From the human T2T-CHM13v2.0 reference genome, Homo sapiens: a DNA stretch of 64,000 nt. Both the position numbers and the translations under genes were made by a program. The DNA is taken from NCBI RefSeq assembly GCF_009914755.1, contig NC_060942.1; one strand, 5' to 3'. Shown in pieces: positions 21,291 to 38,354 of the stretch (positions are counted from its first letter, which is position 1; each line of letters starts with the position of its first letter). The notes beneath the pieces are model-generated. The model was given only the letters and a program-made list of their open reading frames with translations, ran no database searches and was not told the DNA's origin.

Positions 21291-21741
21291 TTGACTGCTT
21301 TTCTCTCTCTTTCTCCCTCTTTTTGGTCTGTGTGGTCATGTTACCTACTTGATAAACATTTCGGATTTGTTCATGAATTGCCTTTTTAAAAATTTTGTTT
21401 TTTTTAATATTTACATTATATAATTCTAGAGTGGGCAATAAATAAGGAATTTTTTGGAGAGGTCATGTTATTTGTCTTCTGTTGTCTTCCTTTCTCTTTA
21501 AATAGTAATTTTAAATAAAGTGAAAGAGTTTATAAGACTTGAAATAAAGAGATTTTAATGAATTGAAGAGTTAACTATTATTATTGCTGTTCACTTTCAT
21601 AGGATAGTGTTAGATCTTTTGAAGCTTCAAAGCAGGTTTTAAAATACAGCAAATAGGTATTTGGTGCCAATGTGACATTGCGTATTTCATGTTTTACGTT
21701 GAATTTCTCAAGACACTATTGTTTCTTTTTTCTTTTATTAA

Positions 21742-21834
<93 letters not shown>

Positions 21835-21844
21835 TGAATGTTAA

Positions 21845-22039
<195 letters not shown>

Positions 22040-22132
22040 TAATTATATATGCTAAAGGTGGCATTTTAAATCCAAAGAGAAAAGAGAGATAAGCCATTAA
22101 AAGATGTTTGAACAATTGGGTAACCATCTCGA

Positions 22133-22437
<305 letters not shown>

Positions 22438-22774
22438 CATTTTGATTTTCAAATAGCTTTGTAAGTCTACTCGATAATCATATTCCTTCTGAATTTTGAA
22501 GACATTGTTTTCTACTTTTCATTGTTGCTGGTAAAGTCTAAAGCTGTCCTGATTCCTGACCCTGGGCATATTGCCCCTCCTCCCCCAAAACGTTCTCTGT
22601 TCCCCAGTCCTCAAGTTTTAGGGGAATCCCAGTTTCTGAAATATTCAATTGTATGATTTAGCATAGGCCTGTTTTTATCTAGTATCATCCAGCCATGTAC
22701 CTCGTATACCCTTTCAGTCTGGAAATCCCTGTTTTATTTTCTAGGAATTTTTCTTGAATCACTTTGATTTTCTA

Positions 22775-22895
22775 TTTTCTTTTTCTCTCCTTTTCTTTTC
22801 TGTTCCTTTCCTTTCTTTTCTTTTCTTTTCCTCTCTCCTCTCCTCTCCTCTCTCCTCTCTCCCCTCTCCCCTCTCCCCTCTTTTCTTTTCTTTTC
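22775..22895. repeat. Polypyrimidine tract (TTTTC)n/(CTCTC)n from an Alu tail
   Basis: About 120 nt of almost pure C/T. Confidence 0.9.
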
Positions 22896-23711
<816 letters not shown>

Positions 23712-24364
23712 CCTGTTCTTTCTTTCTAAAATATCTAATGTTAGGATGTTGGATTTCAGGATTGGTATATTATTTTTGTTTTTCCTACTTTCCATCTCTT
23801 GGTTTTGTTTTTACTACCTTATTGGAGATTTTCTTAACAGCTTGATGTTCTATGCTTTCTATTTTTTCCTTTTTGCTACCATTTTTAGTTTCTAAAATCT
23901 CTTTTAAAATAATCTTGTTAAACAATTCCTTAAGCATTCTCTTCCTACTTCATGAATTCAGTATCTTTATTCTCTGAGGATATTAATAATAGTGGGGGTT
24001 TTTCTTACAGCGTTTTTCCTGATTCATAGTTTGTTTCCTCCATGTTGTTTTTTTATTAGATATTCTGTTATATAATTAGTGATTTGCTAACATTGAAGAA
24101 TAGGGCACTTGAAAATTTCCTTGGGGTAATTATGATATGAGAATTTTTAGGTCTTATCTCTTTGGCTATTCAGATTCCCCGGAGTGGAGCCTTTCAGTCA
24201 CCTGCTAAAAGGGTACAAGACCTAGCTGCCAGCATTTTGGGAACCAAGCTGAGAAAGACCATTTATGTTTGTAGGGGGGCGGTCCTCATATTTAGTATAT
24301 AATTTTCCACGTGATTTTCCTATTTTCAATAAACACTTTCCTATTTTCAGTGACACTTTTACAT

Positions 24365-24501
24365 TTAATTGATTAGATTTTAAAATACAGACAGGGTCTC
24401 ACTATGTTACCCATGCTGGCCTTGAACTCCTGGGCTCAAGCTATCCTGCTTTCTTGGCCTCCCAAAGTGCTGAGATTACAGGTTTGAGCCACCACGCCTG
24501 G
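24365..24501 (-). mobile_element. Alu monomer (FLAM)
   Basis: Flanked by TSD tcagtgacactttta. Confidence 0.8.
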
Positions 24502-25423
24502 TCAGTGACACTTTTAGTAGTGCTGTGTCTCTCACTTCTAGACCTTTTCTTCTTTCCCTGAAGAATAAACCTTCCATCTTTTGCTGGGGATGAGGAGGGT
24601 CGTTGACTAGCACATGCATTGAAGGATGGGGATCTGTGAAACTGTTTCTCAAACTGACTTCAGCCAACCTTCTTGTTTTATTTCAATTTCACTACAACTT
24701 TATACAGCCATTCCTGAGACTTATGGGCGTCTGATAACGGTGAATCAGATTCAGTCTCTGCTTGCTTTGTTGTTTGAGTATTTGATGTTCTTGGGTCTTT
24801 CTGCTAAGTCAGTTACACTTACTCATATGTTCTTTGGCTTTCCAATTCTATTACTCTCATCTTTTTTCTTGTTTACTGCTTTTGTAGAGTCATTGTTACA
24901 GGGTTTTTGGAGAGAACTGATCTAGGTAGCTGTGATATCAAGAAGGCCCACCTTGGAGTGTGGTTTTCTTTTTTTTTAAATGTTTTAGGAGACTTTTTTA
25001 TACATAAATCTACTGTGTTCTTTTAACACCTGTGGAACATATTTTCATAAGATGGGCGTGCTGTAGTTTAAGCAGTTTCCTGTTGATGAATCGTGTTGAT
25101 TGTTTCCAAGTTTTTGGCTATTAGAAACCGTAGTGCTTTTTGGGGAAAAAAAAATTATGCTGCTTTCTGTACGTATGTTAGAATCTCTTTAGGGTGATAC
25201 CAAGAAGTGGACATCCCAAAAGGCTATGCCATGGTACCTTCACTTCTCACTATGAGAGTTCCAATTGACTGCATGCTCATTCCTGGCTGAACTATATATT
25301 CATTTAGCATAGTTGGTGGTGAAACTGCTTCTCTAATTTTTAGATTGTGTACCTCTTCTAGCCATTATTGGACATTGTATGCCAATGCTTGTTCATTTAC
25401 TATGCCCATTTTAATAGTTTAAA

Positions 25424-25601
25424 GCTGTGGTTCTCAAATTTGAGTTTGTATCAGAATCACCTGAAAGGAAACACAGCTTGCTGAATTTCACCCTGAGTTT
25501 CTGATTCAGCAGGTTTGAGATAGGCCCTAGAATTTGCATTTCTAATAAGTTCTCAGGGGATGCTAAAACTTCAGGACTAGAGACCACACTTTGAGAACAG
25601 C
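25424..25601. mobile_element. MER5A hAT MITE
   Basis: gtggttctcaaa...atcagaatcacctg...gaatttgcatttctaa...ccacactttgagaa. Confidence 0.8.
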
Positions 25602-25763
25602 CAATTTATAGGAGGGCTTCATGTAGTCTGAATTTTCCTTGTTACACATGTTGCAAATATTTTCTCATGTCGAGCTTCTATTTAACTTCATCATATATAT
25701 CATTTTATAACTATTGAATATCGTGTTTTGCCTTTAAAGTTCTTTCCTATGAAAAGGTATAAT

Positions 25764-25924
25764 GGCTGGGCATGGTGGCTCACGCCTGGGGAGGCAGGTA
25801 GATAGCTGGAGCTCAGGTGTTCAAGACCAGTGTGGGCAACATGATGAGACCCTGCCGCTACAAAAAATACAAAAATTAGCCAGGTGTGGTGGTACACACC
25901 TGTAGTCCCAGCTACTCAGGAGGT
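25764..25924 (+). mobile_element. Partial Alu
   Basis: ggctgggcatggtggctcacgcct...ctactcaggagg. Confidence 0.8.
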
Positions 25925-26044
25925 TTTTCCCAAGTGGATTGTCTGCATAACATATAATTTTTGCGCTGATTTTAAAATGTTATTTTTAGCATAGTCTAAA
26001 ATAGATTTCTAAAATTTCTCAGATAGAAATGGATCTGTTTTTGA

Positions 26045-26251
<207 letters not shown>

Positions 26252-28471
26252 TAATTTGAAGGATCAATATGTATTTGTCCTTTGATATTTGCTAAGCATT
26301 TACTCTTTTTTTCAGCTTCATTTTTTTTGTGTGTAAGGTGTTCAACTTTAATTATTTAAAATATTAGTGAATTTTATTATATCTGGGTAATTTAGCTCCA
26401 AGCTATCCTCTGTGACTAGTGTCATATATAAATTGCTTCACTAAAGTTTATGTTTTGACTGGATTTATTGCTGAAGTTGTTAAGGTGTTTATGTCTTACT
26501 CTATGTTCTTTTGCAAGTATGATATAATGTCTCTTAACAATTCATTATTTGAAATACTTCATTCTGTGTCTTCTGTCATCACTGTTTTCTCTTTTAGCGT
26601 TCTTAGTTATTGGATGTTGGACCTTCTGGATTTAATCCCCAATTTTTAAAAAAATGTTCTCAATCTTTTTGTTTCTGTTTTACTTTCTGATAAATTTTCT
26701 CGACCTTATGATTACTACCTTTCCATTGAATTTTTCCTTTCTGCTAACATATTTTTAGTTGCTGTGAGTTCTTTCTGGTTCTCTGAAATTTTTTAAAGAC
26801 CCTCTTGTTTTGTGAATGTAATACCGTTTTCACTGATAAAGCAAATGGTTAGGGTTTTTTTAAAAGCTTTCTTTTACCTCTACAGATACTCTGTTGTCTC
26901 TAGCTTAGTCAATTGCTTGTTCTTGGTCTCTAGAGATATCTGGTTATTGGTCATCTGCTTGTAAATGAGTAGGAGACTGGAATGCAGGTGAAAGAGTGTG
27001 GAGAGGCTGTTGCCTGTGAGCTCCACTGTGGGATGATCTGTCTGGAGTACATTGTTGGGGGAAATCCTGTTGTCAGTATTTTTAGGTCTTGGGCTGGGCA
27101 GTTTCCTCAAAGAAGAATCTTCAGTCTTTTGCCTAGAGCAGGGAATAGTTTGGTTCCAAGTGAGTCAAAGAACAGGGCTGGGGTGGGAATTGGGGAGGAG
27201 AGGTCTCAGTATCCATATGCATTCGTTCCAGATAACCTCTTCTCTTCTTTTTAGTATTTCATTCTCATCCTCAGCTTATCTGCTGTCCCTGGTTCAGAGA
27301 TCTTCTGTTTTAACCTTTTCAGAGATTCATCTTTCACTCATCTGCCAGAGGCAGAGAGGAGAGATCTGGAGATCTGAGATCTAAACTTTTCATCAGTCTT
27401 TTTGCTTGTTTGTTTAAACCTTTTCCTTTTGCCAATTCTGAACAGTACCTGGGCACTCGATGGTAGAGATTGGTTTCTAGCTTTTTCTATTTGTGTTTTA
27501 CGATTCAGCTTTTTGGAGACTGCTATCATTTGCCACTTGCTGTCCTGTTTTCTAGCAGATAAGTTTGGTTGCCCTGTCTCTGCTTCCTTTCCGTTTTTTC
27601 TTTATGTTTTCCTTTAATAATAAAATACATCCCTTTACTGTCATATTAGTGGGATTTTAAGAGACAGTGAAAGTAGGTGTATATGTTTAATGTGCCATCT
27701 TTCCCAGGGGATTTATTTTATCTTGTATGCCACATTGCATCTTTTTTCAAATGAGCTTTACAGTTTATTCTGAAAATACCTGTAAACACTTAAATTCCAT
27801 TCCTCAGAAAAATTAGGCTTTTCTCCATCATGGTATATTTTTTACTTTTTTTCCCTTTCTTTACCTTTCACAGAGTAAAATTTTGCCACTGCAAAGATCT
27901 ACATCTGGTCAAATCTGATGAAATTAGCTTTGGAATCAGCTTTAGGAACCATATTACTCATGGAAGTAGATTAGGTGATGTCTTCGGTTTATGTCATCAT
28001 AAGCCTGTCTGTTATTATTTGGACTTTATCTAAATTGCCATTCAGTTTAATAACAGATGCCCAGAATTCTCTAAAATCCCACTGGTGAAAGATTTGAAAG
28101 AATTCATGGTAAATGCTGAGGACATCCTTAAACCTGGCTTCTTTAGGTATTTATTTCCTTTCCTTAGGCTTGTATACATGGTCTAGCATTAGATTAGGTA
28201 CTACATTGTATCTTTACTAATTCAATATGTGCTATTTTAATTTTACATTATATGTATTATATCATTTTCAGTGTTTAACCCATTGGTATCACTTATTAAT
28301 ACTTGTTGGATCAATTTTCTTTGTAAAAGAAATCCATTGGAATTTTTTTCTGTTTAGTTTTTTATATTTAAAAAATATTTTATTAGAAAACTAGACATGC
28401 CAATGTCACATAGGAAAGCAAAAACACATTTGCAGCTTACTTGTAGGCAATTGAGGGGAGTTAAAAAATAA

Positions 28472-28615
<144 letters not shown>

Positions 28616-29963
28616 TAAGTATTTATTTATCATATGGTAAGAATGAAATTGTAAATGAAAAGTGGAATGACCTATTTTTAAAAAACAGATGACAGTAATT
28701 GGGTTCTTAGGAATTTATCAGCATTATGCCACCTGACTTATCAGTTACATCTGTAAGAAAAGTTGGCACATTTACTACTGTTGTTGATTAAACATGAATT
28801 AAATATTTTTCACCTCTCCCCGTTATCTATACTTCAGTTTTTTCACATTCAAAGCCGTTTTTTCGACATAGTTATCTAGGACTCTGCTGTTTTTTTTTTT
28901 TCTCTCTCCTACTGTTTCTGTCCACTTTTGAATATTTTTCTTAGAACAAAAATGACAATTAGAAATATGAGAAATTTCAGCTCACATCTTTAAACATATC
29001 ACTTTGGTATTTAGATAAAAGGAAGTGTTTGGTGAGAGATACAGTTAAGGAAGGAATCCTATGCATAGTTTGTTGGTCTAAAAAAAACAGGGAAGCTAAA
29101 GATAGAAACTCTAATAAGGTAATTTTTCAGTTAGGTCTATAAAGCAGCTAATAGACTTAACTGACTAAAAGGAACACTGTAGCAAGTTTTTTTTCAGTGT
29201 ATCATTACTTTAAATATTTAAAAATTTTCCCTATCCGTGTGATGTTTAAAACAGAGCATGTGTATTTTTTTCAAGTACTATATGCTGCTTTGTATAATCA
29301 AGTCAAAAATTGAGTTCTTGATTCTTTCTGAATTCAGATTTTTCTGGAAAAAGAACTTGAAATTCACAGAAAATTTGACTTTAGTAAGATAAACTTACTA
29401 AAAATTTCTAGATTTTAAAAACCTTTTTATTTTGAAATAACTTTAGAGGAAATTACTTACAAAGGAGTTCGAAGATAGTATAGAGAGGTTACATGTAGAA
29501 AGTTCCTCTGTTAATGTCTTACAGAGCTTTATATATTTATCCACACATTGACAAAATACTACTGACAAAACCGTGGACTTTTTTTTACTTGTCTCCAGTT
29601 AATTTATTTTTCTGTTCCATGAACCAATATGGAGTACCACATTGCATTTCAAAATTTTCTGGTTTTTGTTTCTTTCTACTTTACTATTTCATATGTTTTA
29701 TAATATCTATCTTGATTATGATAATTATTCAGAGGTTATGCCTTTTGAGAATAAAAATTTAAGAGAAAAATTGATCCTAAAATGATATTCCTATTTTGGA
29801 AAAGTAGATTCTACCATAATTCTCTTCCTTTCACTGTCTATAAGGAAGCAGTATTGATCAGTTTTTTTCCTCTAAGATTTCTGACTCCATATATGATAAT
29901 TTTAGTAAGTATAAAGTTGGTAAGTAATTTCTACAATGGTATGAAAATAAAACGAAAATATAA

Positions 29964-30140
<177 letters not shown>

Positions 30141-30549
30141 TAAAATAATTTTCTTATGTTAAAGTATAATGATATGAAGTTAGAGGTTTTTGGGCTTTTA
30201 GTAGTGGTGTAAATCTTGAAAATACACTTAAATGTCAAACCATAGCACTGACAGAAATGACCAGTTTTTAAAAAGGAAAACATTTAGGAAGATGTTATTG
30301 ACATTCTGAATATAACCTTGGGAGAAAAATTTGGATATTGAAAATGTTTGGGGAACTGTTTCTTGGAATATGTCTATTAGGCTTTATTAGAGATGGGTCT
30401 GTTCTTTACATTTTGTTGATAAAACTGTTTCATATTTTAAGAAGAAAAACTTCTAATGTTATTTTTATTAAGTTAACTTGATAATGACTTAACCTGAGAA
30501 AATGAAGTTGCATTAAAGTTACGTAGGGTAGAATATGCTGGCTAATTTG

Positions 30550-30700
30550 AGAGGTAGTCTATGGTAGAGATTTTAAGTACATTCTGGAGTCAGCCCTTCT
30601 GGGTTAGTATCTAGGTAAACTCGTTCTATGCCTCAGTTTCTTCATGTGTAAAATGAGATAATATCTACTCCCTTGGGGTTGTTAGGAGGATTAAATGAGT
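30550..30700 (+). mobile_element. MIR SINE
   Basis: gcctcagtttcttcatgtgtaaaatgagataata core. Confidence 0.65.
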
Positions 30701-31144
30701 TACTACAGGTAGTCCTTGCCTTGCACAGTTCTGTAGTACTCAATGGAGGACACAGTTCCAATATGCGTGAGTTTTCATTAACACCTACTGTACCAAGTAA
30801 GAACTGCCTGCACCTGTAAAACACAACAGTGTTTAGCATGTAAGTTTTAACTCTCATATGAAAGATACCACAACCATATCTGTGTGCATATGTGACCTTT
30901 TTACTGGTTTTAAGCAAAAAGAAACATATTAGCTATTTGCTTTCACAAATTGAAGTTGTTTGACATTTCCCTCCAGTGTGAATTGTTGAAAGAATTTAGG
31001 TAGGTCCATTGGTGGAAGTATAAGAAAAAAATCATACGTATCAACAAACATTCATTTATTTGAGAGATTAGATTATTAAAAGTATGGATTTGAGTAGTAC
31101 AATTCTTAGTAGCTAGATAGTTCTTTTTGTGGGGTAAATAGGAA

Positions 31145-31385
31145 GTATCATGGTGTAGTGATAAAAGTCAAGGAGTTTCAAATTGCAAACCAGAATTTAA
31201 ACCTATGTTTGCTACTTACTAGCCTTGTGACCTGGACAAAATACTTAATTTCTCTGAATCCCAGTTTCCTTACCTGTAAAATGGGGATGATGATAATAGT
31301 AACGTCTTCATTAAGATTATTGTGAAGTTTACGTAAGAATAGTGCTTAAAAAAACTTAGCACAGTGCTTCATATATAGTAAATGA
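31145..31385 (+). mobile_element. MIR SINE
   Basis: cagtttccttacctgtaaaatggggatgatgataatag core; cttagcacagtgc. Confidence 0.75.
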
Positions 31386-32012
31386 ATGAATATAACTAAT
31401 ATTAGTACAAAATAAAATATTTTAAGTAATTCTCTCCATATACTTGTTATCAGTATGTAGCATTAATTGAATTTTAAAATATCAGTGTTTATGAACGAAT
31501 CAGACTGGCTTACTGTAGAAGTATAAGCCTACTTTTCTTAATCTTAAAGGAAATTTGTGATGTTAATTGCTTATGACATCAGAGGTAGTGGGCAATCTAA
31601 CAAGTAAATGACCTGATCATGTCATTACAAGAACTAATTCTTTGAATGTCTAAAACATATAGTTACTTGTGCCAGAAAAATCATCAGGTAAAATTGGTAA
31701 ATAGTTTTAATAAGCTGTTATTTTTGTTTTTGAATACCTTTTTCCCAGTATCTTTTAAAGATTTTAGGTGATTTCTAATATGAATTATCACTGTGTTGTA
31801 CCTTGTGGAATAAAACTTAGCCTAGACACCAAGCATTTTATACAATTGAGATAAGTCTTGTCATGTATTGAATCTGTGCATTTTGGGATGAAACTGATTA
31901 AGCATGGACATTGCCTATATTTTTCTTTCTTGGCAATATTTATAAAATATTAAGTCTTTAATGTTAAAGTTATTTCTTTTGCTATTTCAGTACTTTAGTC
32001 TTTGAAACCTGA

Positions 32013-32204
<192 letters not shown>

Positions 32205-32489
32205 TAGATTGAGTCCCATTGTAGTAAGTGGCAATGACTATTTTAGCCACTTAATAGTAAGTCTTACACAGGATTTAAGTCTGAAACGATTATTCCGTGG
32301 AAGGATTTGTGGGATCTTATTGCCAATAGTTTTTTTTTTTAATCGTACCTAAACCAATAAAGATGCCAACTGTGCCCAGTTTCATAAATTTGTGAATAAA
32401 AGTTTACTCACCTCTCCTCTCTTGACTCCATGCCTCTCATTTCATATATATGAATAGAAAGACAAAAATGTCTTTCAGGATTGGGAATG

Positions 32490-32551
32490 GGCTGCTCTGC
32501 CTATGGAGTAGCCATTCTTTATTCCTTTACTTTAGGGAAAAAAAAAAAAAA
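32490..32551 (+). mobile_element. Short poly(A)-tailed ERV1-LTR (MER41/LTR8-like) fragment
   Basis: gctctgcctatggagtagccattctttattcctttacttt + A14; TSD gggaatg. Confidence 0.55.
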
Positions 32552-32861
32552 GGGAATGATGACTAAATGAAGGTAGGTAAAAGACCGCAGAAAGAAAAAG
32601 AAAATCCAGTTAAGTAAAAAAGAAAAGGATTGTAATTGAGGAAGTTAGTTCTTTCCTTCCAAAACAGATAAATTTTACATAGTATAGTAGAAAATTACTG
32701 TTTTTGTTCAGTATTCTAGAGTTTTAGTGACTTTTACTTAGAATTTTCTTATTCATTGCCAGAAATAGTAGCTCTACTGAATTATTTGAAACTTTGAACA
32801 ATTACGGAAGAATCAAATATATTTAATAGGGGTCTTACATTATTTTTCATCTTTCAAATAG

Positions 32862-33029
<168 letters not shown>

Positions 33030-33295
33030 TGAGTCTTCATACAAATAGTCTTCAACTGCTTAATAACATTTTTTGCAAAATTGTTAACTTCTGAAAATGA
33101 GGTATTTGTGGTTCTTTCAGCCAAAGCAAAGCAAAGACAATATGAAATGCTGTAATGACTATTTTAACATTTTGTGTCAAATATTAGTAATTGTCTTGAT
33201 TTTTACAGTGTCTTTTATAGCGTCTATAACTATTATTGATTTACATTTCCCTAAAATATTTTTCTTCTATTAAAATACATAATTTTATTCTTTTG

Positions 33296-33600
33296 CTTTT
33301 TTTTTTTTTTAAAGAGATAGGGTCTCACTCTGTTGTCTAGGCTGGAGTGCAGTGGCACAATCATGACTTGCTGCAGCCTCCAACTCCTAAGCTCTAGTGA
33401 TGTGCTCACCTCAGCCTCCCAAGTAACTGGGACTATAGACAAGGACCAATGCACCTGGTTATTTATTTATTATTTATTTTTTGAAAAAGAGGGTCTTGCT
33501 GTGTTGCCCAGTCTGATCTCAACTTCCTGTCCACAAGCAGTCTTCCCACCTTGGCCACCCAAAGTGCTGAAGTTATAGGTGTGCACCACTGTGCCCAGCC
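33296..33600 (-). mobile_element. AluJ
   Basis: Dimeric Alu in reverse. Confidence 0.85.
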
Positions 33601-33688
33601 ATTTTGCTTTTTATCGTTCTCATTTGTTTTAGAAAGCTTGGTAAATATCTCTGTTTAAACCACCGTGGAAGGACATATAAACCTTTAA

Positions 33689-34056
<368 letters not shown>

Positions 34057-35291
34057 CACAAAGGGATTTCTATATCATGTGCCAGTAGGATGCTTTTTAT
34101 TGGTGATTCATCGTGGCTGATAGCAAAGCCAACATGGAGGCAAGAGCTGTAAACAGTCTAAGGTTGTGGAGTGGGATAACAAATACTTAAGTAAAACTTC
34201 AAAGGTTGCTGAGTAGGGTAACAGATACTTAAGTAAAATACTTAAATGTGATTTCTTAGTAATTGATATGGTGATAGATAATCTAATTGGTTGATTAACT
34301 CATACTTTCCTACTAATTATACATCAGTTATTAACATAGCTTGAACCTCAAATGGATACAAGATGTCTTTTACTTTTTAAATTAGAATGAGATGACTCTT
34401 CATTCCAGTTCTTTTTAAGCTTGTTATATTTGATAAGCTTAAAGTATTTTTTATGCATTTTCTTTATGCAATAATATGGGCAACATACTTTTGAGCACAC
34501 TTTCTTGCAAAAGATGACTATGAATTAGGGAGGAATCTGGACTTGGAGGCAAGAGCAGCAGGCATTAGGACTTTTGTAAATACTACAGACCACTCAGGAG
34601 AAGACCAAGAATTCAGGTCAGTTAAAACAAATGCCAACGTAAATCCTCTAATAGGCAGTTACAAAATGTTATCCAATGGCAATAACTGAGTTTAGGAGTA
34701 AGGCAAGTAAGATACAACAGAAGATGGTTATGTGCCTGACATTCCATGAGGTAGGAATTTTTAATATCACTCACGTGGATAGGCTTCCATAAGTTAAATG
34801 GCTGCAACTGGATGAGGAAGGAGACATGAGTTAAGTAAGATTATAAAGGTATTTTATGTTTAAACTTATTTTAAATTTAGTGTGTGCTGTTGAATGGACT
34901 ATAACTAGATTATGAAATAATGTAATATTTTAATTTTGTGTGCCTAAAATCAATTTATATAGCATAATCTTGGTCTTTTCTTTGATCTGTAGAACACTGG
35001 TATGCCAATAATAAATTGTAAATATGCCAATATGTTGACCAGTTGTCTTCAGGGCATCTAGAGGCCTTCTCTGGCTATAAACAACCTTGATCACTTACCC
35101 CAATGTGTTATGAATTGAAAAAATACTGAAAGCCTTAATGTAATCTGTTACCATTAAATAATGTATTTTATGGTAGCTGTTTGTCTCTGATTTTATGGAA
35201 AGTTCTTAATTTCTTACATCTTTGTTCTTATTCATAAATACTAACAGAGTATGTAACATAATTAAAATTTCACAAGATGGCAATACTTTTA

Positions 35292-35701
<410 letters not shown>

Positions 35702-35851
35702 TTATTAATAGTATAATGCCATCTTAATGACAAAACCTGTGAGTATAACAATGTATGAGATGGTCTTCCATAATATTGAAAGTAAATTCTTCAGGAGTGT
35801 AAAATTTCAGTACAGATATCACTCAGTGTTTGTGTTTTCTTCTCTTTCTAG

Positions 35852-36160
<309 letters not shown>

Positions 36161-36763
36161 TAGCATCTAAAAAAGAAGCTTGTCACAGAAAAGTTATACT
36201 ATCATTTCAAATTGTAAGCAGAATAAGCTTTTTTCATGGAATAGGTTGAAATGCAAATGATTCATATGTGACAAAATTATACTTAGAAAAATGATTTTGA
36301 CACTTAAAAATCTAGGTTTTGGCATTTTGTTTAGTTGTGCTCTTCCTGACTAGCTGTTTTTCTGCAATCATAATCAACATCACCACCTTGATAAAGCTAG
36401 CAATAAATTGGTAGCAGTTCTGAAAGCACTAAACAAAAGATCTGTTAAAGGCAAGCAGTGAAACAGTGTTGTTAACTACAGAGCCTCTATTTGGCCATTG
36501 GAAATTATTGAAATTGGTATACCACTCTAAAAATATGATCCTTAGAAAAGAGTTTTGTTGGTCCTCATCAACCTGCTGTCATCTAAATATGACATTTGTA
36601 CCTTGATAGGGTTGAGTCTGCATGTTGAAACTTAACACCTCACTGAACAGGGAGCCAAATCAAAATGTTAAGTCTTATTACATAAAGTAGACAGCTTTTT
36701 AGCATTCCTTTGATGGTTGACTGAAAGAATAGTGGACAGTCTATGCTTGCTTCTTTCAAAGTT

Positions 36764-37375
36764 CAGTTTGTTCTTCTATAATGAGACACATGCATTCTCC
36801 AAAATCACTCTGCTGTGCAAAATTGTACAATAAAAAATCACAGGGCTTATGAGGGAAAATGGAAACTAGAGGCACAATACTCAAACTTTCTCAGTAACCC
36901 GTTAAGAGAACCTAATAAAATAGTGGCAAAAACAATAATGATAATACATGTTAAATGTTAAGAAATACATAAATACTATAATAATATGGGAGGTTACCTA
37001 GCTTGATGAAGCAATGATTGCAGCTTTTGAGTTCCTGTGAAGTGGTGGAAGGAAGGTTATCTGAAAGTGAGGGGAAAGTTGTTTTAACAGTCTGTGGATG
37101 AGCGTGGCTCATTAACACATAGTCAACTGAGGTGACTGATAGGTGTTTGAGGTGCAACATTTGTTGTGTTCCCACTTGGTTCAGCTGGGTACAGTTTTCT
37201 ATGTTGACCTAGTTTTTTCATAGATGAAATTGTACCTAAGCAAAAGTAAAATTTGCCTTATGCTTAAATTGTTTACTGATAGTTGTATTGGAACAAATTT
37301 GCATTTTCAAAGTAAACGTAATTGTACTGGAACAAATTTACATTTTCAAAGTAAGCATTGTAACAGAACTTACTG
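36764..37375. mobile_element. Tigger-family element (MER82-like)
   Basis: Imperfect inverted termini cagtttgttcttctataatg / cattgtaacagaacttactg followed by TA. Confidence 0.55.
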
Positions 37376-38354
37376 TACTTTTTTCCCTTGATGTCTATGG
37401 AGATAAAATTCCCAAGTGTGGAAAAATAATTTATCAAAATTCCAGGCTTTTGAGGTAGTTAGAAATAAGCATTCCTCCATGTCTGGAGAGCTGACATTCA
37501 TAGACTCTTAGTACGGAGTCCCAATTAGCCAAATTTTTGGAGAGTTAACATGTTTGGCACTATGTAGGAGTTGCTCTTTCATACCGGTATACACCATACC
37601 CATCTTGTGTTTCCAAACATAAGATCTGGTAATTCAAAAGGATTATTTAGCCACGGGTTCAACTGACCTGAGTTTTAAAATCTTATTTGGAACAATGCTT
37701 GTTCTAGCCAGCTTTTTTTCCCCTTCATAATGAGGGAAGAGAGAATTGAGATAGAAATAATTCTGATTCTGCTTGGAAAGGAGGTAAGCCATTTTTATCT
37801 CTATAAGCAGATTTGAAGGTAAGTAGTGGTTTAATAGTGGTGCCAGGGATGTGGCTTCTGAACTATTTCCTTGCTTTCTCACAATCATGCTTCCATTTCC
37901 TCCTCTCTTAAGAAGTTTAAGAAAAACCGACTGGAGAGCCTCTCCCTATCATACCTTCTCTAAGGTTGTTGCCTGCATTTGACACATTTTGCCTCTAATT
38001 TGGTAATTATGTATGTCTGTGCACTTCTTCATTGACAGTAAAAGATAGTGAGTACTCCATTTTACTTAAGTTGAATGTACAGCCTTTACAGTGGTTTTGT
38101 AGTGTTGAGAGAATTAAGCCAAGATACAAGGAAGTCAGCCTGAACTGAGCTGGGGAATCTATTGAGGGGAGTACGCAGCCAGGGTGAGTGAGGAAAGCCT
38201 TTTATCTTTTTTGTGGAACTCTTGCTTGCTTATTTTCCTTTTTTTTTTTTTTAATACAATAAAGAACAGAGACTAAAGATGGTTTTAAAAGATAAAAAGG
38301 TAACTAAAAACATTAGAGGAGCATAAACTAGGAAACAGAATATTAGTGATTTTC

